DNA of 64,000 nucleotides from an uncultured delta proteobacterium (GTDB lineage: Bacteria; Myxococcota; Myxococcia; Myxococcales; Anaeromyxobacteraceae): positions 1 to 64,000 of the forward strand of contig CAWJSR010000020.1 in assembly GCA_963845515.1 (NCBI GenBank), in the 5' to 3' direction. Shown piece by piece: positions 12,144-21,230 of the stretch (position 1 is the first letter of the stretch; the number at the start of each line of letters is the position of its first letter). The notes beneath the pieces were generated by a model. It searched no databases and had not been told where the DNA came from. It worked only from the letters and a program-made list of their open reading frames with translations. Both the position numbers and the translations under genes were made by a program.

Positions 12144-13791
12144 CCGCGCCAGAAGCGGCTCATCACGGGGAAGGAGCCCTTCGCAGGCGGCTTCGACTCC
12201 GGCGCTCGCCCTCGCTCACGGCAGTGGTCCCGCTGCGGGGGGCCTGGGCGCGGCTGGGAGCGTGGGGGAGGAGTCGGCGCGCCGGCGCGCGAGCCGGGTT
12301 CACGTACGGCGAAATGCCGCTGACGAATCCGCTTGACGCGGGTCTGGCGGAATCGCGCCTCGCCTGACGAGGTCGCTCGGAATCCCGCGCCAGGACTCAC
12401 CGCGCGCCTGCAGCCGCGTCGGGAGGGTTCGCCTTCGGAGGCAGAAGCCCCCATGCCGAAACTCGCGCCAGACGGCGAACGCGCGCGTTTACGGAGGGTG
12501 CGAGATCGCATGAGAGGATTCGTGCATGGACAACGCACTCGAGCTCTCGTCCCGCCTCCTCGTCCTCCTCCGCCGCGAGCAGGGCGGGATGGCCGACTTC
12601 CTCGTCGCCCTCTCGGACTTCGACCGGCGCCGGCTCTGGGTCGGCATGGGCTACACCAGCCTCTTCTACTACCTGCGCCGGGAGCTGAAGCTCTCCTCCG
12701 GGGCCGCCTTCCTCCGGAAGACCGCGGCGGAGCTCCTCCAGCGCTTCCCGGAGGTGGAGGCGCCCCTCCGGGACGGGCGGCTATGTATCTCCAGCGTCTG
12801 CGAGCTGGCGAAGGTCATCACGGCGGAGAACCGCGCCGAGGTCCTGCCACGCTTCTTCCACGCCTCCAAGAACGAGGCGAAGGCGGTGGCGGCCGAGATC
12901 GCTCCCCGCGAGGCGGTCCCCCAGCGAGTCGTCGTGACGGCGGTGGCTGCGCTGGCGCTGCCGTCCCGGGCGGCCGCTACGGTTTCGGTGGCGCCGGCAC
13001 CCGCCTCCTCGCCGACACTTGAGCTGGGTCAATCACTTCTTCCAGGCGAAACGCTCGCAGTGAACGCGGCGCCGGCGGCGGGTGGGACCGTGCCGCTGCT
13101 CGCACCGCCGCCGCCCCCGGCTGCGCAGCGCCAGCGCCCCTCGCTCCACCTCCGAGCCACTCACGGCGAGCCTCCACCGGCTCCACGCGACGGTGTCGAA
13201 GGAGTTCATGCGCAAGCTCGCGGCCGCGAAGGACGCCCTCTCCCACTCCCACCCGGGAGCCGACGAGGCGGCCATCCTCGAGGCGGGGCTCGACCTTCTC
13301 CTCGAACGGGCGGCGAAGCGGAAGGGGCTGGTGAAGCGGCCTCGCAAGGGAGGGGGCGAGGGAGCACGTTCGCCCTCGGAGCCGGAGTCGCGTTACATCC
13401 CGGCCGAAGTGAGGCGGCAGGTCTGGCTCCGGGACGGGGGGAGGTGCGTCTGGCCGACCTCCGACGGCGGCGTCTGCGGCTCGACCCATCGTCTGCAGTA
13501 CGACCACATCGTGCCGGTCGCGCGCGGAGGGAGGTCGACCGTCGGTAACATCCGGATCGCGTGCGCCTTGCATAACGATCTGGCCGCGCGGCAGAGCTTC
13601 GGGGACGGCTGGATGGACCGGTACTCGCGGGGCGCCGCCCGGCCGCCTTCACGACCCCCTGCTCCGGCCTGACGGCGGAGTCGCGCGAACGCTACGGTCA
13701 GCCGGAGCCGCGGCGCGAACCACCAGCGGGCGTGCGCTCGCCGACGCCGCCCCGGGCGCAGCCTCCCCCTGATGAGCCGCTTCTGGCGCGG
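12144..13791. mobile_element. putative inverted-repeat-bounded element carrying an HNH nuclease
   Basis: ccgcgccagaagcggctcatca (12144-12165) and its exact reverse complement (13770-13791) flank a single gene. Confidence 0.6.
12526..13672 (+). CDS. HNH endonuclease with DUF222-like helical N-terminus, one frameshift near 13100-13140
   Basis: FLVALSDFDRRRLWVGMGYTSLFYYLRRELKLS; RYIPAEVRRQVWLRDGGRC...CGS...DHIVPVARGGRSTVGNIRIACALHN. Confidence 0.88.
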
Positions 13792-13865
13792 GAACCGAAG
13801 GGGAAGGATGTGCCGGATCATGAGGGCGGGTCGGGGGCCAAGTTGGTCCCCGTCCGTGCGCCCTC

Positions 13866-15313
13866 CTAACGCAGTGAACGGGAAGCGTCTTCGTCTTCTC
13901 CGCAGACCAGACCGGTCTGCCGCGCCAGAGGCTCCGCTCAACAGAACCAGTGTTCGGTGAGGCGCGGGCCCCTGCGCCCGCTGTGTGGCGTCGGCACGGT
14001 TGGGCCCAGCGCGCGCCCGGCGGCCAGGGCCGCGAGCGCCAGCGATCCGGGCCTGTGTCTCCTGCGGAGGCTCGCCTCGGCGCTCGCCCTCCGCGGCGGC
14101 GGCCGCGACCTCGCGCTGGAGGGCGTCCATCCTCGGGTCCGGGTGGCGCCAGCGCCAGGTGAGGGCCCGCTCGTCGAGCCCCTCGAGCTGGACGTCTGTT
14201 GCCCCTTCGAGGAGCGAGCCCGGGGGGATTAGGAGCCGCAGCGTCAGCTGGACCGGGTCGACGTCCGGAAGCCAGCCGCGCGCTGCGAAGGTGTCGAGCA
14301 GGTCGAGGTAGCCGTCGAGCGTCTCCCACGGCGTGAAGGGGACGAGCGTGGGCCGGACCGCGATGCCGGCGCTGGAGGCCACGGCGAAGGCAGCCTCCAC
14401 GTCCGCGCGCCGGTGCCCCTTCGCGAGCCTGGCGAGGACGCGGTCGGAGAGCGACTCGACCGCCGTGGTCACGAAGAGCGCCCCGAGCCGCCCCAGCTCG
14501 GCCACCGGCCCCGGGTGGCCGACGAGGTGCTCCACCTTCGCGGTGAAGTCGAAGGTGAGGTCGGGGCAGCGGTCCTTGACCGCCCGCGCCACCCGGAGCG
14601 CGTGGCCGGGGCCGTTCAGGAAGTCGGGGTCTCCGAACGTCACGTGGCGGGCGCCAGCCGCGACCTGGCCCGCGACGTCCGCGACGACCGTCTCGACCGG
14701 GACGGCGAAGAAGCGGCCGCGGTAGAGCGCCGGGATCGGGCAGTGGCGGCACTCGTGCAGGCAGCCCCGCGTCGCCTCGGTGTAGCCGGCGACGAGGTGC
14801 GCCCCTCGCCCGTCGTCGAGCCGGGCGTACTCGGTCGAGGGCGGGGAGGCCGGTCCGGCTCGGCGCCGGGAAGTCGAGCCGCGCCAGGGTCGCTCCCTCG
14901 CCGCCGCTCCTCAGGAAGGAGGCCGTCGGCTCCCCTCGCTCCAGCGCGTCCGCGAGCGCCACGAGCTCCTCCTCGCACTCGCCCGAGAGCACCGCCGCTG
15001 CGCCCTCGCGCGCCAGGAGGCCGGCGTTGAGCGTCGCGTAGAGGCCGTGGAACGCCAGCGTGCAGCGCGGGTTCAGCGTCCGGATCCGTCGCGCGGCCTC
15101 GACGCCGAGCCGCAGCGCGGTGTGCATCGGCACCGAGAGCGCGACCAGCCGGGCGGCGCCGACGCGGACCGGATCGAGCTCCTCGACCGCGAGATCGAGC
15201 GCCGCGGGACGGTAGCCGGCGCGCTCCAGGAAGGCCTTGGGGAGGGCGATGCCGTGCGGGACGTGCCCCAGCTCGTAGGTCGAGACGAGGAGGATCTCTC
15301 CGTGCCCGCGCAC
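13866..15313 (-). CDS. CUAEP-tail radical SAM selenoprotein (B12-binding-like N-terminus); frameshifts near 14830 and 14040; Sec codon 13938-13940
   Basis: LVSTYELGH; EATRGCLHECRHCPIP (CxxxCxxC); TFGDPDFLNGP; tail PRLTEHWFC-TGA-AEPLARQTG, open to TAG at 13866-13868. Confidence 0.85.
13902..13920 (-). promoter_or_regulatory. candidate bacterial SECIS hairpin
   Basis: GCAGACC-GGTCT-GGTCTGC, beginning 17 nt after the in-frame TGA, with a G-starting loop. Confidence 0.65.
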
Positions 15314-15323
15314 GGGTCGGCCC

Positions 15324-15602
15324 TCAGCCCTTGCGAGGCGGCGGCCGGTAGTCGGGCGGGAGCTCGGCCTGCTCGCCGAAGAAGAACTTCTCCGCCTGCT
15401 CGAAGAGGATCTGGCTGGTCCTCGGGTCGGCGGGGGAGAGCCGGTACTCGTTCATGATCATCTTGAAGTGCTCCAGCCAGAGCTTCCAGGCGTCCTGCGA
15501 GACCTCGTCGAAGATCCGCTGCCCCAGCTCGTTGGGGAATGGCTTGAAGCTCATGCCCGGCAGCTCCTTGCCGAGCTTCCTGCACTTCACCATGCGGGCC
15601 AT
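15324..15602 (-). CDS. yggX: Fe(II)-trafficking / oxidative damage protection protein
   Basis: [16 protein letters not shown]...[22 protein letters not shown]...MIMNEYRL. Confidence 0.92.
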   Translation of the reverse strand: MARMVKCRKLGKELPGMSFKPFPNELGQRIFDEVSQDAWKLWLEHFKMIMNEYRLSPADPRTSQILFEQAEKFFFGEQAELPPDYRPPPRKG

Positions 15603-15735
15603 CGAGATCCTTTCCGGCTTTCGGGGAGGGGCCGAGACGGCGGGAAGATAAGGGAGAAAAGAAAACGGCGCCACGCCTATCGAGGCGGGCGCCGTGTCAC
15701 TCGACCCCGGGGGAAGCCCGGGGGAGGGCTGGTCC

Positions 15736-15942
15736 CTAGCTGAGGAGGTGCGTCGGCGAGACCGAGAGGGCCTTCGCGAGCGACTCGAGCGTGTCGAGCG
15801 GCGGCGTGCGCTGGCCGCGCTCCAGCATCGAGATGTACGAGACGGAGAGGCCGGCCTTGGCGGCGAGCGCCTCCTGGGAGAGCTTGCGGCGAAGACGCTC
15901 ACTCTTGAGGTTGACGGCGAACTTGTCGGCGAGAGCGGCCAT
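15736..15942 (-). CDS. XRE-family HTH regulator
   Basis: [40 protein letters not shown] before ATG 15942. Confidence 0.9.
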   Translation of the reverse strand: MAALADKFAVNLKSERLRRKLSQEALAAKAGLSVSYISMLERGQRTPPLDTLESLAKALSVSPTHLLS

Positions 15943-15978
15943 GGATCGAACTCCTGGGGTTTTTGCCATCTGTGAAGC

Positions 15979-16015
15979 TGCGGATTCCGCAACTCAATGT
16001 TGCGGATATCGCAAC
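15979..16015. promoter_or_regulatory. tandem palindromic operator pair upstream of the XRE gene
   Basis: TGCGGATTCCGCAAC (15979) and TGCGGATATCGCAAC (16001), 22 bp apart. Confidence 0.6.
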
Positions 16016-16191
16016 GAGGTAGAAATTAGCACTTCACGCGCAGCGTTTCCACCATGGGGATGTACCTTCACCCCGGGACTTTCAGTCCGGGTTCACTGTG
16101 AGCGCCAGACGCACACGCGGTGCAGCCCGCCGGGGAGGGAGGGCGGCGATGTAGGACCTGCGGTGTGGGGCCGGCGAGACCCGGTGCCGTG

Positions 16192-16941
16192 TCAGCGCTT
16201 TTTTGCGCGAGGCGAGGGGAGCGGGATGTCGAAGCGCGCGAAGAGCCTGCGCAGCGAGAAGTAGGAGACCCCCAGGCGGGCGGCGAGCCCCTTCGCGTCC
16301 CCTTCGAAGAGCCGCGCCGAGGCGAGCAGGTAGCGGCGCGCCGCCTCGTGGAAGGGGAGCACGTCGTCCGGGGCTTGCGGGGGGCGAAACCCCGGGAGGG
16401 AGCGCGCCAGCTCGCCGGAGAGCTGGGTCAGGCGTGTGCGGGCGTCGGCGGCGGCGGCCTCGCTCTGCTCGACGACCCTGGTCAAGCGGCGGCGGTCGAT
16501 CGCCAGCTCGAGGGCCCGCTCGAAGGACTGGTTGTCCCCCTCCGGCTGGCTCTCATGCACGAAGTCGGCCCCGGACATGACGGCGGCGATGGCCTGGGAC
16601 GCCGGCCCTCCGCCAGTGAAGGCCAGGAGCGCGAGGTCCGGCCGGCTCCGGCGCAGCTCCTGGATCTGCTCCAGCGGGCTGACCCGCGGCATCGTGAGGT
16701 CGATGGCGGCGGCCGTGACCGCGGGCGTGATCCTGGCGGCGAGGTCGCCCGCCGCTTCGGCCAGGCCGATGCGGAACCGAGGGTAGCTCCCCAGCAAGTG
16801 GGCGCGGTACCTCCCCGGGATCCTCGCCAGGTGGGCGCGGATGGACTCCGCGCGCCGGGTATCCGCGGTCGCGATCACCAGGGCGACGTCGTACTCGTCC
16901 GGGCGTTCCCAGCGGGGCGCCTTCGGCGCGCGGCCGGTCAT
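16192..16941 (-). CDS. atypical response regulator (degenerate REC plus Fis-like HTH)
   Basis: AIDLTMP...RPDLALLAFTG...AVMSGADF; C-terminal GLAARLGVSYFSLRRLF; ATGA-coupled to moeA. Confidence 0.7.
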   Translation of the reverse strand: MTGRAPKAPRWERPDEYDVALVIATADTRRAESIRAHLARIPGRYRAHLLGSYPRFRIGLAEAAGDLAARITPAVTAAAIDLTMPRVSPLEQIQELRRSRPDLALLAFTGGGPASQAIAAVMSGADFVHESQPEGDNQSFERALELAIDRRRLTRVVEQSEAAAADARTRLTQLSGELARSLPGFRPPQAPDDVLPFHEAARRYLLASARLFEGDAKGLAARLGVSYFSLRRLFARFDIPLPSPRAKKR

Positions 16942-18194
16942 CCGCCCTCCGACGGCGGCGCTCGCAGGACGATGGCCTCGACGAGGGCGCCGCTGGGGAA
17001 GCGCGCGCGGCCCGCCGGCAGGATCGCGAGCGCGTCGACGCTGGCGGAGGACGAGAGGTTTCCCGAGACCTGCGTCGGCAGCGGGTCGACGACGAAGCCA
17101 CGCCCGTCGCGCCGCAGGCGCGACCGCAGGAAGGCGGTCAGCCCTTCCGGCTTCTCCGCCCGCCCGGCGAGCCGCGCCGGGATGGACAGCCGGCCGGAGC
17201 CCTGCAAGCCGGAGAGCTTGCGTAGCGCCGGCCGCACGAAGAGCTCGAAGGTGACGAGCGCGCTCGCCGGGTTTCCGGGGAGGCCGAAGACCGCCGACCG
17301 GCCCCAGAGGCCGAACGTGAACGGCTTCCCAGGACGCATCGCCACCCGCCAGAAGTCGAGCCGCGCGCCCGCCTTCACGAGCGCGTCGCGGACGAAGTCG
17401 CGCTCCCCGACCGACACGCCTCCGACGGTCACGATCGCGTCGTGGCCGCGGACCAGCCGGAGCGCACGGGCGAGGACGCGCGGGTCGTCCGGGATCGGCG
17501 GGAGGACGTCCGGCTCGGCTCCGGCGTCCCAGACGGCGGCCGCGAGCGCGATGCCGTTGCTCTCCACGATCTGCCCTGGACCGGGCCGGTGGCCGGCCGT
17601 CACCAGCTCGTCGCCGGTGGGGAGGATGGCCACCCGCGGCCGTCGATGAAGTCTGAGCGAGGTCCGGCCGAGCGACGCCGCGAGCCCCAGGGCGCCGGCG
17701 TCGAGCGGCTCCCCGCGGCCGAGCGCCACCGCGCCGCGCGCGACGTCGCTGCCCCGGGGCCGGACGAAGCGGCCGCGCTCGGCGGCCCGCCTGAAGTGGG
17801 CCAGCTCGCCCTCCAGGGAGACCTCCTCCTGCTGCTCGACGGCATCGGCCCCACGTGGAAGCGGGGCGCCGGTGAAGATCCGGGCACACGTGCCGCGTGG
17901 GAGGGGACGGTCGGCCGGAGCGCCAGCGAAGACGGTGAGCGACACGGGGAGGCGTGTGCCGGCACGCGGAACGTCCGCGGCGCGGAGCGCGTAGCCGTCC
18001 ATCGTCGCGGCGTCGAACGGTGGGAGTGGGCTCCGGGCCGCCAGCTCCTCGGCGAGGGCCCTCCCGAGCGCCTCTCCGAGCGGCGCCACCTCTGCTGCGA
18101 GCGGGGCCACGCTGGACAGCTTCGCCAGGACGCGCGCGAGCGCCGTCTCAGGGGGGATCGGGGCGGCGGACTCGACGGGGCGTCTCCTCGGCAC
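16938..18194 (-). CDS. moeA: molybdopterin molybdotransferase
   Basis: PPFDAATMDGYA, RIFTGAPLP, PTGDELV, GGVSVGERDFV, RPGKP, GLPGNPAS; start uncertain. Confidence 0.95.
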   Translation of the reverse strand: MPRRRPVESAAPIPPETALARVLAKLSSVAPLAAEVAPLGEALGRALAEELAARSPLPPFDAATMDGYALRAADVPRAGTRLPVSLTVFAGAPADRPLPRGTCARIFTGAPLPRGADAVEQQEEVSLEGELAHFRRAAERGRFVRPRGSDVARGAVALGRGEPLDAGALGLAASLGRTSLRLHRRPRVAILPTGDELVTAGHRPGPGQIVESNGIALAAAVWDAGAEPDVLPPIPDDPRVLARALRLVRGHDAIVTVGGVSVGERDFVRDALVKAGARLDFWRVAMRPGKPFTFGLWGRSAVFGLPGNPASALVTFELFVRPALRKLSGLQGSGRLSIPARLAGRAEKPEGLTAFLRSRLRRDGRGFVVDPLPTQVSGNLSSSASVDALAILPAGRARFPSGALVEAIVLRAPPSEGG

Positions 18195-18265
18195 GACGCA
18201 CTCATAGCATACGAGCTCGCCGCCGCGGGCGAGGGAGCCCGCCATCGGATAGACTGCAGCCATAC

Positions 18266-20698
18266 ATGACATCCAATGACAAGCAGGACAGGCGCCGGAC
18301 GGCGCTCCTCGACGAGCTGCGGCGCGCTGCTGGGAAGCCGCTCGGCGTCAACGAGCTGATGCAGCGGGCGCGCCTCCATCCGGGCGAGCGGACCGACGCG
18401 AAGCGGATGCTGCGCGACCTCGTGCAGGAGGGGCTCGCGCTCCGGGACGGGAAGCGTTACTCGCTCGCGGGCGCGAAGCCCGCACCGGCGCGCAAGGAGG
18501 AGCAGGGGGCGCCGCGGGCGGGCGGGCGCCGCGTCACCGGCGGGAAGGGGATCGTCGGCACCCTCAGCCGGCACCGCGACGGCTTCGGCTTCGTGGCGCG
18601 GCTCGATCGGGCCGGGGAGGACGTCTTCGTACCGCCGAAGGAGGCTGGCAAGGCGCTCGACGGCGATCTCGTCCGGATAGCGATAGTCCCCGGACGCGGT
18701 GGCCGCACCATGGGGGAGATCCTCGAGGTGGTCGAGCGGCGGCGGCGGATGCTCATCGGCACCTACCACTCCCGCGGCGCCGACAGCTTCGTGGTCCCGT
18801 TCGACGCTGAGCTGGGCGGCGCGGTCCCGGTCGGCGAGACCGGTGCGGCGCGCGACGGCGACGTGGTCAAGGTGGCCCTCGACCCCGAGTCGCGGGCCCT
18901 CCGCGGGGCGGTCGTGGAGTCGGTCGGGCGCCCCGGTTCGCCGCGGGCCGAGGTGCTCCGGGTCGCCTACGCGAAGGGGTTCTCGGACGTCTTCCCGGAG
19001 AGCGTCGAGGCCGAGGCGCGGGAAGTTCCCGACCGGGTCCGCGACGAGGATCGCACCGGGCGGCGCGACCTGCGCCACCTGCCGCTCGTCACCATCGACG
19101 GCGAGGACGCGCGGGACTTCGACGACGCGGTCTGGGTCGATCGGCTCCCGGCGCGGAAGGGGAAGCAGGAGTGGCGGCTCGTGGTCGCCATCGCGGACGT
19201 CTCGCACTACGTGCGTCCCGGCACCGCGCTGAACGCCGAGGCGGTTCGACGGGCCACGAGCGTCTACTTCCCGATGCAGGTCCTCCCCATGCTCCCGGAG
19301 CGGCTCTCCAACGGGATCTGCTCGCTGAATCCGGACGTGGACCGGCTCTGCATGGTCGCCGACATGGTGGTCGACTCGCGCGGGGAGACCCGGGCGACGG
19401 AGGTCTACGAGGCGGTGATGCGGAGCGCCGCCCGCTGCACCTACACCGAGGTGGCGCGCGTGCTCGACGGCGAGCACCTCCCCTCGCGCGAGCGCTTCCG
19501 GCCGAGCTTCGAGCAGATGGCGGAGCTGCAGGACGCGCTGGGGGCGATGAGGCGCCGCCGCGGCTCCATCGACTTCGACATCGCCGAGTCCCGCATCGTC
19601 CTGGACCCGGACGGGAACGTGGTCGGGATCGAGAAGCGCCCACGCAACCGCGCGCACAGGATCGTCGAGGAGTTCATGCTGGCCGCCAACGAGGCGGTCG
19701 CCCGCTTCTTCGGCAGCCGGAAGCTGCCGACGATCTACCGGGTCCACGGCGTCCCCGACGAGGAGAAGCTGGCCAACTTCCTGGCGCTCGCGCGCGTCCA
19801 CGGGTTCGAGGTGCCGGAGATCCCGGTCGACCCCAGGGCGCTCAACGGCCTGCTCGAGAAGTTCAAGGGCCACGCCCAGCAGCGCGCGCTCAACCAGTTG
19901 CTGCTGCGCGCGATGATGCAGGCCATCTACAGCGACGAGAACATCGGCCACTACGGGCTCGCGGCCGAGCACTACCTGCACTTCACGTCGCCGATCCGGC
20001 GCTACCCAGACCTGGTCGTCCACCGGCTCCTCAAGGAGGAGTGGGCGAAGCGCAGCGGCGGCGGCGCGCGGAGGACGGATCCCAAGGCCCTCGCCGAGCT
20101 GGCGGCGATCTCGTCGGACCGCGAGCGCGCGTCGATGCTGGCCGAGCGCGAGATCGCGTCCTACTACGCGGCGCTCTTCATGAAGGACAAGGTCGGCGAG
20201 CGGTTCAACGGCGTGGTCGCGGCGGTGGCCGAGCCTGGCCTCTTCGTCGAGCTGCGCCCTTACGCCGTCGAGGGGCTGGTCAAGACAGAGGACCTGCCGG
20301 GCGACTTCGAGCTCGACCCGGTCCAGCACGCGATGGTCGACCGGCGGACCAGGCGCGCCTACCGCGTCGGCGACGAGATCGAGGTGGACCTGGTCGCCTC
20401 CAGCCCCGAGCGCAGGCAGATCGACCTGCGGCTGGCCGGGACCGTCGCGGCCGCCCCGGAACTGGCTGGGCCGCGAGAGCGGCTGCTGGGGACGCCCCGC
20501 CGCGCCGAGCCGGCGCGCCCTGGACGGAAGGGGAGGACGCAGCCGAAGAGCGCGACGGGTGGGGGCCGGGCCGGGACGCGGTCGGGCCAGGGCCACTCCG
20601 AGAAGAAGCGGCCCGGTGGGGGCGGTGGCGGCGGCGGTGGCGGTGGCGGGCGCCGCGGCGGGAGCGGCGGGGGTGGAGGTCGGCGCCGGGGGAGGTGA
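18266..20698 (+). CDS. rnr: ribonuclease R
   Basis: HRDGFGFV, TIDGEDARDFDDA, AIADVSHYV, IVEEFMLAAN, HFTSPIRRYPDL, S1 domain, basic Gly-rich tail. Confidence 0.96.
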   Translation: MTSNDKQDRRRTALLDELRRAAGKPLGVNELMQRARLHPGERTDAKRMLRDLVQEGLALRDGKRYSLAGAKPAPARKEEQGAPRAGGRRVTGGKGIVGTLSRHRDGFGFVARLDRAGEDVFVPPKEAGKALDGDLVRIAIVPGRGGRTMGEILEVVERRRRMLIGTYHSRGADSFVVPFDAELGGAVPVGETGAARDGDVVKVALDPESRALRGAVVESVGRPGSPRAEVLRVAYAKGFSDVFPESVEAEAREVPDRVRDEDRTGRRDLRHLPLVTIDGEDARDFDDAVWVDRLPARKGKQEWRLVVAIADVSHYVRPGTALNAEAVRRATSVYFPMQVLPMLPERLSNGICSLNPDVDRLCMVADMVVDSRGETRATEVYEAVMRSAARCTYTEVARVLDGEHLPSRERFRPSFEQMAELQDALGAMRRRRGSIDFDIAESRIVLDPDGNVVGIEKRPRNRAHRIVEEFMLAANEAVARFFGSRKLPTIYRVHGVPDEEKLANFLALARVHGFEVPEIPVDPRALNGLLEKFKGHAQQRALNQLLLRAMMQAIYSDENIGHYGLAAEHYLHFTSPIRRYPDLVVHRLLKEEWAKRSGGGARRTDPKALAELAAISSDRERASMLAEREIASYYAALFMKDKVGERFNGVVAAVAEPGLFVELRPYAVEGLVKTEDLPGDFELDPVQHAMVDRRTRRAYRVGDEIEVDLVASSPERRQIDLRLAGTVAAAPELAGPRERLLGTPRRAEPARPGRKGRTQPKSATGGGRAGTRSGQGHSEKKRPGGGGGGGGGGGGRRGGSGGGGGRRRGR

Positions 20699-20739
20699 TC
20701 GCCGGCGAAGAGGGGCAGCCCCATCCCTCTCCCCCACCG

Positions 20740-21194
20740 GCTGACCACTCATCGCATCTTGGCGCCTTGGGGATGCACCTCTCCCCCGCCCCCGCGGGGG
20801 AGAGGCTGGGTGAGGGGGCGTCGTACCCGTCGGCTATCCTCACTCTCCGTGAGCCAACTCAAGCTCGCGGTGGAGATCGATGGTGGCCAACACTACGACG
20901 ACGCTGGCCGTCGCTATGACCAGTCGCGCGACGAGGCGCTGAAGGCCATGGGCATCAGGACGCTTCGCTTCTCCAACCTGGATGTGCTGAGGGAGACGGA
21001 AGGCGTGGGTGAGGCCATCTGGGGTGAGGTCCAGCGGCTCACGGATAGTGAACGGGAGGCCCCCTCACCAGACCTCTCCCCCGCCGGAGCGGGGGAGAGG
21101 GAAGTCCCAGCGAGGTCGAACATCCCCGCTGGCCAGCGCGAACCGCGCCGTCCCTTCCCGCACGACGCAGCCCAAAATGAGGCTAATGGTCAGC
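20740..21194. mobile_element. 455-bp non-autonomous element with imperfect 23-bp TIRs and 6-bp TSD (CCACCG)
   Basis: gctgaccactcatcgcatcttgg ... ccaaaatgaggctaatggtcagc (17/23 identical, outer 8 perfect); CCACCG at 20734-20739 and 21195-21200. Confidence 0.8.
20849..21050 (+). pseudogene. C-terminal fragment of a DUF559 (Vsr-like) endonuclease
   Basis: KLAVEIDGGQHYDDAGRRYDQSRDEALKAMGIRTLRFSNLDVL; N-terminal half absent; flanked by inverted REPs at 20778-20817 and 21061-21100. Confidence 0.8.
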
Positions 21195-21230
21195 CCACCG
21201 GGGGAGGGGGTCAGGGTGAGGGGGCGCGGC

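Noticed and set aside
12526..13672. IscB/Cas9-like RNA-guided nuclease
   Set aside because: No RuvC motifs, PLMP start or CRISPR array; only a C-terminal HNH.
17600..20752. Long antisense or overlapping ORFs (1050 aa here; also 55183-57957, 48784-50490 and the extensions of 23109-26540 and 25178-28582)
   Set aside because: Shadow frames of real high-GC genes, with no recognisable motifs.
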